NCBI GenBank assembly: GCA_002104945.1
Contig: MCFH01000081.1
Coordinates: 126,598-190,597 of the forward strand
Length of the DNA stretch: 64,000 nucleotides
Reading direction: 5' to 3'
From: Piromyces finnis finn
Taxonomy: Eukaryota; Fungi; Neocallimastigomycota
Of the stretch, positions 41,517-56,686 are shown one piece after another. Position 1 is the first letter of the stretch, and each line of letters begins with the position of its first letter. The notes under the pieces are model-generated. The model was not told the origin of the DNA and did no database searches. It worked only from the letters and a program-made list of their open reading frames with translations. The position numbers and the translations under genes were made by a program.

Positions 41517-44175
41517 TAAAAAAATATAAGGAATAATAATTTGGAATAATTATATTTATTATATTAATGAAATATATAACATTTAAAACCTCAATAGTGT
41601 TATTTTTTTAATAATAATATGAATAATAACAAGAGTCAAATATGGATGAAAAAAGTATTTTTAAAATTTATAAAGTATAAAAGACTGTTTTAAATTTTAA
41701 TCAATTATTTAATTTGTTTTTAGAAATACTTTAAACATTAAATTTAAAATTAAGAAATGTTATTAAATAATTATTTCAAATACCTTAATTAATAATATTA
41801 ATTATATTAATATTATATTAAAAAAGCTAACAAAATATGATTGAAATTACTTTATAAAAATAAAAACTATATTATTTTTTTGTAAAATATAAATATATAT
41901 AATATATATTATGTTTACATATCATAAAAAATTTCAAATAAGTATACAAAATCATATTTTTTTAAAAAATAAGCAATATGATATATAACTCTCTTGTCTT
42001 TTTTTGCTTTTAATAGTATTATCTTTTAGATTATACTAAATATTAATACGAATTTACCATTATCATTTGAAGATTCTTTAAATGATTGATCATTACTATT
42101 TGATATATTATAAAATATACAATCACTGCATTTACTATTTAAATATGATATATATTTTTTAATAATATAAAAATTCTATTAGAATTAAGTCAAATAAATT
42201 AAATAAACTAAACATATGTAGGCTTTATTATTGTTAATTTAACTTATTGATTAAAAATATAAAAAAATATGTTTACTTTTTTTTAAATCGTTATTTTTAT
42301 AGAAACTTTGAGTTATAAGTTTCCAACATCTAATATAGTTTGGAGACAATGTAATAAATTGATTAATTTTATTTTTATATATATTTAATGGTTTTATTAT
42401 AAAGATTTTAAAAGTATTTCTTTAAGAAATATCTAGGAAAAGATGTAGAACAAAAATTAGTACGATCATCATTTAAAAAATAAATAAAATTATATCGTAT
42501 AATTTATAACCTAAAAGCTATTAATTATATGGTAAGATAAAAGTTTTCATAATAATCAGTAAATCTGTATTAATTGTAAAAAAATATATTTAATAAACAT
42601 TTATAATTATTTATTTTATTTATGTACTTTTATATTTTAAAAATATTTTCATTTTTATAAATCATTTAAAAAAATTATGATTCCAAAGTAATAACAAAAA
42701 AAGAAAACATACAAAACCAATATTATTTATTAGTGACAATAGTATTATTCTTAAACCAAGCATCTTCATAAAACTCTATTTTATAATAAATAAGAGATAA
42801 AAAAATAAATTAAAATAAAAAAAAATTGTTATAAAGAAATATTTGTATATAGGATACAGGAATAGCGCCTTCTATTAAAATAAAGCATTACTTCAAATAG
42901 TTCTTTATTATTACTTTTTGAATATAATATTTTAATTTGTTCAGAAAAAGTTTTTTGAAAGCTTGAAATACTTGCATACATTTTTAAATATTTTTAGAAG
43001 ATTTCAACTTCAATAAAAGAATCTTACATTTTAAAAGAACCAAGCTATTTATTTATATATTTATTTATTAATAAAAAATATTAAAAATATAAATAAATAA
43101 TAAAATTACAATGATATAATAATACTATAATAAAATAACATATTTAAAAAATCAAAAACTAATACTACCTATTTAATTTTAAAAAATTAAAAACAAAAAT
43201 TGTCACACATAAAATTTTCAAAAAGATTAAAGTTTATAATTTAAGTATTTGAATATACTTATTTATGAAATATGTATATATGTATATATAATTTTATTTA
43301 AATTTTGGATTATAGACTTTATAAAATAACAAAAATATTTTCATTAATGAATAATCTATATAACATATATTTCTTTGCTTTTTTTTTTTTTTTTTTTTTT
43401 TTGGGTAATAATAATATTTCAAATATAAATATGTAAATTATTATTATTATTATTATTATATTTATTATATAATCAATACTATGATATTCATTATTTATTC
43501 ATATACCAATAAAAAAATGAAAATAAATTGCTTTTTCGAAAATAAGTTTACTTCATATAAAATATTAAAAGTTTTTAAACTGTGCTTTAATTCATCGTAT
43601 AAGAAAAAAAAAATATGATGTTGAAAAATCTTAAATATTAATAAATTTTAATTATTATCTCCCATGAAATACTACTAATTATAGCACTTTTTTATTTTAA
43701 TTAAAATTTGTGTAAATTTTTTTTTATATATAGATTTTCTTTTTTTGTTCATCCACAATTCCATCTTTGTTTAACACTTTTTATGTATGAATGGTTCATA
43801 TCTAAATTTAGTTTGTTTTTTTTTAAATTACATATTTTTTATGAAAAAATGGAAACAAACTATAAATAATATTAAAAATCTATAAAAATAATTTATTACT
43901 TTTTTATTTTCTATAATATATATATTTTTTTTTATTTCATAATATTTTATTATATAAATTAAAGTTGTTTATGCTTTTGATTTTGTTTTTTTTCAGTATA
44001 ACCTATATTTATGTGGTATTATTTTTAGAAAGTAAGTCAAAATTATTTAAGAAAGATAGAAAGTAGCATTCTAAAAAAAAAAAAATAAATTTTAAAATTT
44101 GATTTTTAAATATATATAAAAAGATATCTTTTCTTAATTTTTATTTCATATTTATTCAAGAAAAAATATATAAAA

Positions 44176-44979
44176 ATGGGTTATCATGATAGATGTTTTG
44201 ACGATGTTACATATTTAGAATCAAAAGATCCATATCATAATAATAAACGTGATATATTAACTGAAAAGGCTATTAAAAGATACGCAGAAACAAATCCAGA
44301 ATACGAAAAGGTACTTAATAAATATTACATGCCAGATAAAAAATTACCAAGATCTACTATAAAAGAAACAAATGATAAAAAAAGCAAATCAACAGAAGTA
44401 AAAATGAGTAACTATACAGCTAGATTAGATTCAAATTCTTCTGAAAGACTTTGTGCAAATTGTAAACAAATTATCAACGCATCAAAAAGAAAAAATACAG
44501 AATCTAAAGTTGTTAAAAATGATGATGATTCATCTTTAATATATTGGAAAACAAAGATTGATGACAATCATGTATGTACTTTATCTTTTATAATGAAAAA
44601 TTAATTATAATTAATTATTAATTATTAATATATATTCATTATGATTAACATTCATATTAATAATGAAAAATGTTAGCCCCCAGTATTCCCACCAAAATAT
44701 CCAAATGAATGTACATCTCTTATTTTACCTGCTATGTTCACTGAAGAGGAAAAGAGATACTATCAATCAAAACAACCAAAATACCCACCTGCAGAAAAAA
44801 TTAGCTCAATAATAGAAATTAATTCGCCAATAAGATCAAAGCCAACTTGTCCATACAATATTATTACAGGTTTATATCATATATATAATATATAAATATT
44901 AAAATTAAATAAAAATAATTAATAAAAAAAAACTTTACATAAATTTGTTATAGGTGAAGAATTATATGAAACTATTTAA
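44176..44979 (+). CDS. Uncharacterised protein, 3 exons (44176-44571, 44677-44869, 44954-44979), about 205 aa
   Basis: Clean phase-compatible GT-AG introns; ends PTCPYNIITG^EELYETI*. Confidence 0.7.
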
Positions 44980-46208
44980 ACTGAAATATTTATAAATAAG
45001 ATTCAAGATTTAATTATTAATAAATTAATATAATTAAACTTTTTCTATTTATTTACACCTGAAAATGACACAACGTATAAATTATAATTTAATAATTAAT
45101 GTTGTATTATTTTTACTTTTTTTTTTTTTTTCACATATATGTATATAAATATATAAATATATATATTAATATCAATTTTTGTAACATTAAATAAATAAAA
45201 ATATATAATAAAAAAGATTATAAAAAAAAAAAAGAAGTAAAAATTACTTATTTTTTAAAATGGAAAAAAGTAATAATAATTTAAAAAAAAAAATATTTTA
45301 GTAATGTTTTTAAATTAACATTTAATTAAAACTTTATGAAAATTATAATATATTCAATTATATAGACATTATGTTTCTATAAATCTCCCTTTTTTATTCT
45401 TTTTATAAACATTAAAAAAGTAAATTTAAATTTTATAATTATTTTTTAAAATACTTCATTCTATTATCATTATCATATTAATAATTTTAATTATTACTTT
45501 CTATAAAATTAAATTATTGCAATGTATATCAAATTAACTTTAATAATGAATTAAAATTCGTTAATTTATTAATAATTCTAATAGTTATTAATACATTGAT
45601 ATCATCATAGCTAATAATGCTTATTAAAAAGATTACATAATAATTTAAATAACCGTATTAGAATTTATATATATACAGTTATATATGATTATTGTCCTTT
45701 AATGTTTTTTAGAGATATTTTTTAGATATTGATATTTTAATTACTGGTAAAAAAACATTTTATATATTATAATTATAAAAAATTTTTATCACTAAATTCA
45801 TTATTCTTTTTTTTTTTTTTTTTTTTTTTTTCTATTCTTTTTTATTTTATTTAGAAAAAAAAATACTTATATAATTATTATTATTATATATTTATTATTT
45901 TTGACATATTAAAGATATTACAAAAAAAAAAAGAAATGAGAAAGAAGAATTAAACAATTGTAAAATATCTTCATTATATTAAAACATTCATATCAAATTC
46001 TTTTAAATATATAACATTTTAAAAAAATTATAATTTTTTTAATAATTAAAAAAAAAAGCACAGATACAAATAAATATTAGTACCGGTATAAACTCAAGTA
46101 GAATAAAACTTTAATAGAAATTATTATAAAATTTAAATAACAACAACAACAAGTATAAATAAAGAAAAGAGATTAAACTGAAAAAAAAAAAAAAAAACAA
46201 TAAGAAAA

Positions 46209-49200
46209 ATGGAATTATCTAACAGAAATAGGATTTCATTAAGAAGATCTTCCGAAAATTTGTTGGGAAGAAGAAAGTCAACATTTTCGGTAAAAAATGA
46301 AAATAATTTTGTTGACATTAATAAACCCATAAGAAATTCAAGTTCATGTAACAATCATCACTAATTAATATTAGTTAATATGTTTAAAATAATGATATAA
46401 TTAGAATATAATAACTAAATTCTATGTTTTTCGTCATAATATATATATATATATATATATAAATATTATAAAATAAAAATTATTACATTAAAACTCATGA
46501 ATATATTGTTGTAAAAATAGTACTTTCAATATGTTCCAATGATTTCGATCAGTTCAAAGAAGAAATAGAAAAAAGAATACAAAAAAGAGAAGAAGAAAGA
46601 GAAAAAAATAGAAAAATAATGAAAGAAGAAATAAAAAGAGAAAAAGATCTTATAAAAAAAATGCATAATATTCAAAATGGAGAAGATGAAGAAAAAGTAA
46701 TATTTTGATTATTTCTTTAATATATATATTTATATATATTATATATATATATAACTAATCCTATATATTTTATATATTGAAATTAAAATTAAAATAACTG
46801 AAAAAAGAAAAAAATATATTTTAGTGATAAAGAATTTTATGGTGTAAATTTTGAAAAACCAGAAAAAGATGAAATTATTGATTTAAAAAAAAGAAGTAAA
46901 ACAGATACGAAAAGTAAAAAATTAACTAAAAAATTAAGAGAGCACCAAGGAGATATATTTATTAAAGCTTTAACAAAATGTATCAATAAAGATAATACAA
47001 CAATGATAATAGAAGAAAATGAGGAATCATCAGAAGATATTTCAAAAAATAAACGTCTTTCTATGCTATCTTCAAAGTCTGTTCAAATTAATAATGAGCA
47101 AACAAAAACAATGTGGGATGCAGCTGATGTTTTCCCAGTTGGTATTGGAGAAACTGAAGGTATTGATATATTTCGTATTGAAGAATTAAGTGTAGCAATG
47201 ATTGATCCAGATGAATATGGTTCATTTAGTACTGGTGATTGTTACATTATATTAAATACGTATAGAGAAGAAAAAGAATTAAAACATAAAATATTTCAAT
47301 GGATTGGTAAACAAGCTGAAAACGATAAATTATTTTGTTCTGCCATATATTCGGTTATGTTAAAAGGTTTAATTAATGAAACAGAAAACATTTTTAGAGA
47401 GGTAATACAAATAAAATAATATTAATATAATCTATAACATGTACTAAAATGAAAATTAAAAAAAAAAAAAAAACCGAATTAATGAATATATAAATAAATA
47501 AAAATTGATAGGTTGAAGGTGAAGAAAGTGACGATCTTAAAGATCTTTTTAGTACTGATATAAAATATTTAGATTATAATGAAAGCGCAGAAAGTAGATT
47601 ATCATCACCATACGAAATTCAATATCCATTAAGAATGTATAAAATTTTTGATAATGGAAAATTTCATTTGGTAAATAATTTTACATTAAATATTTCTATA
47701 AAGCATTGTTAATTAATATAAATTAAAATAATTAAATAAGTATTAACTCTCTATATACTCTATATGTATTTTTTGGTATTTAAATTTTTAATAATTTTAA
47801 TTATAAATATAGGTTGAAACTAGTCATTTAATGTTTAATACTAATAATGTATTTATTATTGATAATGGATTTGAATTATATCAATGGAATGGAAAAAAAT
47901 CAAGCATTAAAAATAGAGTATTTGGTAATATTTTATTAAAAAGAATTAATTCAAATGAAAGAAATAAAAAAGCCGAAGTTAAAGAATTTGAAGAATTTGA
48001 AGAAGATGATTCATTTTGGGAATTATTTGAAGAAGAAAGAACTGAAGAAAATGGTAAGTGTGTATTTTTGTATTGTTTTTTTTTATTTATTATATATATT
48101 TACATAAATAATAAGAAATTAAATCAATATTTTACTATTTTTATTTTTAATTAGCTGCTGAATTTGAAGAAATAGCAAATGAAAAATATGGAAAATTTTT
48201 TGAAGTTGCTAAACAACCAAGCAAATTATACAAGTATGTATTTTACTTTCTTCTTTTCTCTTTTTTCCTTAACATTATTAATAATTAAATTATTATTATA
48301 TAATATTTTAAAGGGTTCCAGATATTGAAAGTCTAGATGATATTGATTGTGAAAATTATTTAGTAGCCGAAAAATTTTTCTTTGATAAAAATTTATTGAA
48401 TTCTGAAAATTGTTATGTTATGGATTGTGGGGTTGAATTATTTTTATGGACAGGTAAAAAAGCATCTGAAAATTGTCGAGATTTAGTACAAGAATTTACA
48501 GTGGTTAGTTTATTAAAAATTTTAAATCTAAAAAAAAAAATATAATTTTTAAACTAACCCTATATTACATTTCTATAGAAATTAATTCCAAATAAATTAA
48601 GACCAAATTGGGTTGGTTTACATAGATTTAATGAGAAATCCGAAAATGAAATATTTTCTATTAGATTCTTTAATTGGGGAATGCCTGAAAATACAGATTT
48701 ATCGAAATTAATTTTACCAGGTAGTTATATAATTAATTGATGAATATTAATATATCAAAAAATATTAACATAATACATAATACATGTAGACAATTGTTAC
48801 AAAGGAGAAATAAAAATTGATGCTAATGCTTTGTTCAATACTAATCCCAAAAATATGAATTTCGAAAATGCTAAACAACTTAATAGCATTATGACGAATG
48901 CCAATGATAATTTACAAGCTATTTATGGTTTCGTATTTGATCCAATAAGTTGTAACTTTATGGAAATCACTGAATCTGAAATTGGACAATTTTATAGTAA
49001 AAATTCATATATCTTTTTGTGTATTTATAAAGTTAATAATGATACAGAAGACGGCGATAATGAAAATGATTCTGATGATTCTGATTATGAAAATGATAGC
49101 GAATTAGCACAATTTCAATCCACAAAAAGTCATACAATTATTGGTAAAAAGAAAACATTCAACCATAAAATGAATTGTGTTGTTTATTTCTGGCAGGGAA

Positions 49201-50954
49201 CCATGGCAAATAGATTTGCATGGCTATCCTTTTTATATTCTAAAAAAGATCAAATTGAAGCAGGAACTTTAGCAGCCTACAACGAACCATTACATGTTAT
49301 TATCTTAAATCAAGGAAATGAATGTCTTCCCTTCCTCTCCCATCTAAATAACTATTGTGTTTATTATAAAAATAAGAGATTAAACTATTATGACGAAGCA
49401 AATATTGTTAATCCACTGTCTTACACCTGTTCTAACGAGAATATCAATATGGAAGACGAGGACGATAAAAGTATTATTTATAAGAAGCAAACTCTAAGAA
49501 TGTTCCACATACAAACAAATCAAAAATATAAAACAACTAGAGCATGGGAAGTTGATATTAAAGCAGAATCATTAGTAACCAGAGACTGTTTTCTTGTTAT
49601 TTATAATAATTTAGATTTTATTCAACGAGATAGTGAATGTAATTCCGAATTAGATGATAATGGATCTACTAATAATGTAAATGAAGAAGAAATTAAAAAT
49701 GAGGAAATGAAAAATAATTTTAATTCTATGAAAGAAGAAGAAGAAGGAGATATATCTATAGATTTAGGACGTAAATATTCTGTGGATAGTTACGCTAGTA
49801 CTGTCACTAGTATCAATCATAGAAATGAAAAACCAGCGGGAGAAAATGGACCATTTATTTGTGATTTATGGGTTGGTAAAGGTGCAAGTAAAGATGAAGT
49901 TAGAAGAGCCATTGATATATCTAAATGGATATCTGAATTAATGGCTAGTGATGAACCTTTGAGTGTTAAAAAACCTGATAATTTTGGTTTTGATTTAAAT
50001 ACCATTCAAAATTCAAACCTTTCTATTCTTGATGGCAAATATACTCTTAATTTAATTCAAGAAGGTAGTGAAAGTGATCAATTCTGGAATAATTTAGGAG
50101 TGAATGTTAATGCAGAAAGTAATGTACTATCCACCTCTTCATCGTTTTATGGTACAGATAAGAGAAGAACTTTAATAAAGAATTATTCTTCCTCCTTCCT
50201 TTTGAACATGAAAAAAAAAAAGTTAAATATATACTACGGTAAAGGTACTGAATCATGGTATATGAAACCTCCAAGATTCTTTAAGTGTGATTGTAGTCAG
50301 GGTTATTTTTCAGCCAGAGAAATAGAAAACTTCTGTCAATATGACTTATCCGATGACTCTTGTATTATTTTGGACAGTAATTCACCTGGAAAAATTTATG
50401 TATGGATTGGACGTAATAGTAGTGATGTTGTTCGTAAACTTACTCAAAAGAGTGTAGAAGTATGGCTTACCAATATCGATGATGGTAGATGGTATGATAG
50501 TAACTTTTTAACCTTAAGTAAAAATTCAGATGAAGCACCAACAACCACCAATAATTCTATAAATAATATTAAACAGACACAAAACGAAACAGAATCAGAT
50601 AACAGCCATACTTCAAATATCCAAGAAAAGAAGGAAGATGATATTATTGAAAAGCTTAATAACTGTTTAGAAGAGGACCCATATATTAAACGTATGAGAG
50701 AAAGAAGAGAAAGAAAAACTAAGAAAGCACCAAAAAAAAGTGATGTAGTTATTGAATATCAGGGTGAAGAATCGATCGATTTTAAATCTTTCTTCTTTGG
50801 ATGGTCAGAAGAAGTTTCCAAAAATATAAATTATGATCCAGGAAATTCATACATAAAAGAAATGGCTAAGAAGAAAAAACAAAGAGAGGAATTATGTAAT
50901 ACAGCAGAATATTATGAGCCTTTGATTTATAGATTATGTAATGTTGACGAATAA
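46209..50954 (+). CDS. Flightless-I-like gelsolin/villin-repeat actin-binding protein, multi-exon, no LRR seen
   Basis: GIDIFRIEELS...GSFSTGDCYIILNT...IFQWIGKQAENDKLFCSAIY and PPRFFKCDCSQGYF...FCQYDLSDDSCIILD...YVWIG resemble FliI gelsolin repeats. Confidence 0.85.
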
Positions 50955-51418
50955 AGTTTAACACCTTCATAATTATTCAATCTGTGGTATTGAATCAATA
51001 GAAATATTAGAATTATTGTTGAAAAATATTAATCCTTTTTTCAATGATAATCAATACTTTTATTATTTTTTTTATTATATGTATACATAATAAAATATGT
51101 TTTTATTTTTCTAAAGAATTTAATATATAGTAAAGAATGAATGTGTTTATATATAGATACCATTATAATATTTATATCTATTAGTTTTTTTTTTTAAAAA
51201 AAAAAATTATTATTATTAAAAAAAATACCTAATTAAATACATAAATAAATTAAAATAAAAAATAATAAACTATATAAAATATATATATATATAAAATTAT
51301 TTTGATAGTTTGTTGAAAATATTATTTTTTTTTTCTTTAAACTTTAAGTGTTTACAAAATAATATTAAATACATAAAAAAAAAAGTCAAACAAAAACAAC
51401 AATTTTAATAATAACAAA

Positions 51419-52211
51419 ATGCTCGTTCCACCTGAACTTTTTGGTTTAGTAGAAAAAGATATCTACCGTTCCAATACATTAAAACCTGAAAATTTTCCAT
51501 TCATAAAAACTTTAAATTTAAGAACAGCTTTACTTTTATCACCTGAAATTCCTACAAGAACAGTATCTTTTTTTTTTGAAGAATCTGGAATAAAACTTGT
51601 AAATATTTTTTTTTATACAATAGGATAAAATGACTTTAGATAACAAAAAATATTATAGATATTTTTTTTTCTAATTTGAAATGTAATTTCAAATTAAAAT
51701 TATATTCAAAAACAAAACATTTTATATACATTTATTATCACCTTCTTCCCTAATTTATTTTATTACTATTATTATTATTATTAAGTAAATAAAGTTGTCT
51801 AATGAATTTTTTTTATTTTCTAATCAAATTAATTATAATATTAGGTTCATCTTGGTATAAAAACTTGGAAGCCAGATATTGAATGGAGACCAGTTAGTGA
51901 TGAATTAATAAAAGAAGGTATTGAATTTATTTTAAATGAGCAAAATCATCCAACTATAGTTATATGCACGTATGTACATTAACAAGAATAGGTTTTTAAC
52001 CTTTAATTAATGATATTAATTCAAAACTTATATTGAATAGTTACAATTATTAATTAAATTATTATAAATAATTACTAAAAAAGGTCAGGTATACATGAGA
52101 CTGGAACCTTGATTGGATGTTTTAGAAAATTACAAAAATGGAATTTTAATTCAATATTATTTGAGGTAATTCTTACAATTAAATATTAATATCATATAAA
52201 TAAAACACACA

Positions 52212-52256
<45 letters not shown>

Positions 52257-52608
52257 ATATTGCATTAAAAACTCATTATTCAAATGGAATATTTAATGGA
52301 ATATTTATATATATATAATATTTTATGTAATTATAAAATTTAGTATCGTAGTTTTGGAGGAAGTAAAAGTAGAAATGTTAATGAACAATTTATTGAATTA
52401 TTTGATACAGATTTAATTTCATTGCCAAAGAATTTACCAACATGGTTTACAGAACAACAAAAAATGATGGTACATACAAGCATAACATTTATAAATATAA
52501 TAAAATAAATATTATTATAAATATTAATAATTTAATATTCTTTTTATTAACCTTTAGATTGAAGAAGAAAAAATCCAATTAAATAAACAGAAAAAGACAT
52601 CTATCTAA
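51419..52608 (+). CDS. Oca4-like Siw14-family (Y_phosphatase2) pseudophosphatase, 5 exons
   Basis: MLVPPELFGLVEKDIYRS...WRPVSDELIKEGIEFILNEQNHPTIVICT^SGIHETGTLIGCFRKLQKWNFNSILFE^YRSFGG...EQFIELFDTDLI. Confidence 0.88.
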
Positions 52609-53255
52609 AACGTATTTTTGTCTAGTCTTAAAAAGAAAGGGAATTTTCCATTACATATCAGTAATTTAATATTTAACCATTAATATCAATTATAAATATT
52701 TTATACCAGATAATATATACGAAGAGGGCATGATAAATGAAATAATAATTGAGAAAAGAAATACCAAGAATAATACCAATAACAGTTTATAACATACTTT
52801 TTTTTAATCAAGTTATATTTTAACCATTATCATAAAACGTTATACAAAATTCAAATATCCATATTTTTTTTTTATTTTCATGGTCAACTTATTTAAAAAT
52901 TAAGGATTTTATATTTTATATCTATATAAATAGCTTAAAAAATAATGAATATAAATAAATATAAATATTATGATAAAAGTGATATACAATTCATATAATT
53001 TTTTGTTATAGTGTAAAATCTACTTTCAACTACAAATCTACAAATAATTAAAAGTAGAATAAAAATATTTTCCTTATTGTATTAATAAAGTAATTCAAAC
53101 AGTAGTAATTTTTAAACCAATGAATTTTTAATAAATAACCTTTTCATTACATCTCTATTTTTATAATTAAAAACTTAAAATTATATTTAATAATGTCTCT
53201 CTAATATTTATTATAAATAATAAAAATAAACCGAAAAACTTTAAAAGCAAAAACA

Positions 53256-53292
<37 letters not shown>

Positions 53293-56200
53293 TAATAGAA
53301 ATAAATATAATATTCTTATTTTTTTTATAGAAAAAAAAAAAAAAGATGCTTATTATTCAAACTTTTAATATATAAAAACCAAAGAATTTATTATGAATGA
53401 CACATTTTAATTACAATTATCAATTGTTAAATTTTAATTACATTTTTAAAAAAATCATGTATACAAAATTATTAGTAACAATATAAAAATGTAAACATTC
53501 CACAAATGTTTGAAAATGTTTATTTAATATTATAATATATTATAATATTTATTTTTTAGTGGCTAATTTTGATAGAGTTAATACTTTGATAAAATATGAT
53601 AAAATACAGACATACCATGAAAAAGAATTTTTTCAACTCTAGTTAAATAATTAATAATAGGAAAAATTGAATTAAAACATAAAGAATGAAATGCTATATT
53701 TTTATCTTTGTTAATGCTTAATAAAAAAGAATATTGATAGTATGTTTATAGAATTATAATTACTTATTTGAATGATTTTTATTTAACTTTTGAATACAAT
53801 TTAAGAAAAAAAAGATTTTTTTATTTGAAATAAAATTTTACAATTGAATTAACGTATTTATAATTAATTTATTTTTATATTTAGCATTATATTACACATT
53901 ATATTACCACATATAATATATAATACTCCATAGAAAAAATGGAAATTATTTCCGTTTTTGAATATAACCTCAATATTCTAATTTTATTATTATTACTATA
54001 TATAAATCTAAAATATAATTATTGTAATTATTTTAATTTCTATAAAATATTTTTTTTCCGCATCATTAATCATAAGAATATAGTTTCATAAAATAAGAAG
54101 GATCTAAATAAAAAGTTCAATATAAATTATTTTACTTCTACTACTATTTAAGTATAAATCATTATTTATACAATAAATGAAAAAAGTTAATAATATTAAA
54201 CATAGTATTAACAATAATAATAAAATAAAGAAAAGTATTGGAAAAACTGTTTAAATATAAAAAATGGGTGAAATTGAAGTCATGTAATTACCATTAATCA
54301 ATTGTAATAAAATGAAAATAGGTATTATTAACTTTAATATAACTTATTATATATGAATTTAATTTAATAAATTAAAATATATATTAGAAATTCAAAATTT
54401 AATTAAAGATATATTAAAAATATTAAAATCCGAAATAAAATAGTTAAATTTTACATCCATAAATGTATTAGATCTTTTTTAATATAACATTATTAAAAAA
54501 TCGGAAAAACAATAAAATAATAATTAAATATTAATTTTTCTTAGTAGGAAATAAACTTTATCGGAAGAACAAATACCATAGAAAAAAAAAATCAATAAGG
54601 AACAAAATTTTTAAACAGTAAATTTAAGAATTTTAATTATTAACTAATCATAAATATATAATCCTTCTTTCTTCCTCATTTTACATTTAACTTTTTATTC
54701 TTACTTAATATATACATCATAATAATATTATCTTTATTTTCCTTTATCTAGTGTGTAACAATCAATATGAATAGAAATTAACATAGAATTTATTTATAAT
54801 TTATTTAAAAAATAGCATATGATATTTGGTGTTATCATGTGAGATTTTTAAATAATTTATTATCTTTTATATATATGAATAGTAAAACAAATAAAATTTA
54901 ATTGAATAAAAACAAATAAACAATAGAAATTAATCTTTGGTTATTTCATACTATGATAATTTTTTTAATATATTAATTCTATTCATAATAAAATTAAAGT
55001 TTAATGATAAACTTTAATACATAAAATTTAAAATTTTATCCTATTTTAATTTAATATTAAAACCTTGTTTAAAAAAAATTTTTTTTTTTTTCAATTCCAT
55101 AATTATGATAGAACTTTTTATTTGTTAAAAAAAAAAAGTCAATCATTTTATTCATTCTTTCTGACTTAAACTTTGATTCGGGGGAGGGGGGTTGCCATTT
55201 TATTTTCCATATATTAACATTGATTTAATTTATTTAATAAAAAAATAAAGTTTTACAATAAAGTATATAATAAAAGTAATTTCCTTATTTTTTCTTTTTT
55301 CTTTTTTTTTTCACATTCTTTTAAGAATTCATATTTTTAAAACTTTATAAGATTTCGATATAATATAATATATTATATTATATTTAAAGAGCGTTTGATA
55401 TTATTGTACTTTGTCACTGACTTTAATGAATATATATTATATATTCATTAAATAAGGATTAATAAATAAAAAAAAAAGAGAGTAACTCCAATGAAAATTA
55501 AAATTTTATGTTAGTATATAATACTTAAAAATCAAGTAAGTATGTATTATATATATAATGTAATAGTTATTATATATTTTTATAAATATTATTATTCCAC
55601 AAATAAATTTACTATAATCAATACAATTAACTTTATATTAAAATTAAAATTCATATAAAGAAATGTAATTTAATTCAATTATATACAACTTATTTAAAAA
55701 ATTATTTAAAAAAGAAACTACATTTAGTGGTAGAAATGATAAAAAAAATAATATTCACATTTAAATAAATAGTCAAAAAAAAAAGTATATCAATAATGAT
55801 AATAAAATCTAAAATTATTAAAGAATAGTAATAATTTATAGGTTTTTTTTTATTATTATTACTATGTGAAAAATAACAAAGATAAAAATTAAAATAATAA
55901 TAATAATATAATTAATTTATAGTAAAATATAATTAAATATACTTTTCCAAATTCTTAATTAAAAAAAAAAAAGAAAAAGAATATATTAATATTATTAAAA
56001 AAAATGAATATTAAGGTTACATTAAACATGGATACTTTAATAAAAAAAAGTTATTTTCTAGCTATATATTCTCCCAAACTTTTAATTAATAGAAATAGAA
56101 TATGTTATTATTATTATGTGAGGAATTATTAAAAAATTAAATATTAGAGTTATATTAATAAAGAAAAAAATTTATTTTATAGCATATAATAAAATAATTA

Positions 56201-56672
56201 ATTTTCTATGGTGTAATAAATTAAAATGAGCTTATGTTTAAGGCTAAGTAACGTGTTAAATTTATATATCTTTAATAATAATTTAGAGAACAAAGTTTAT
56301 AAAATATAATTAAAAAAAAGATGAAATTAAAATATAGATCATATTCTTATCAATAAAGTATATAATAATTAAGATTTTTATTATATACTTAACAAATGCC
56401 ACTATTAAATATATCATTGAAATTATATAATTCTCTTTTAATTTAATAAACTTTTTATATGTAAATATAAAAAAAAATTTGTATTTTTATATATTAAGAT
56501 TATTATTTATTAATAATATATATAATTCATTAGTAAGTTAAAATTTTTTAAGGCTTAAATTATTATTGGTTATCAAAAATTGAATGTTTTTTATAAAGAA
56601 CCATTCATATTTAAAGTAAATTTAATTTATTAGAATATAAACAAATATATTAATTCTATCTTAATATATTCA

Positions 56673-56686
56673 GTCACCATGGTAAT
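56673..56686. promoter_or_regulatory. X-box (RFX/Crt1)-like palindrome GTCACCATGGTAAT upstream of the Velvet gene
   Basis: Matches GTNRCC-N2-RGYAAC except for the last base; function not demonstrated. Confidence 0.25.

Noticed and set aside
41900-43100. Possible degenerate transposase fragments
   Set aside because: No DDE/RT motif, terminal repeats or target-site duplication could be identified by eye
53400-54900. Short protein-like stretches and a 7-bp hairpin (AAACATT-CCACA-AATGTTT)
   Set aside because: Too short and expected by chance in very AT-rich DNA
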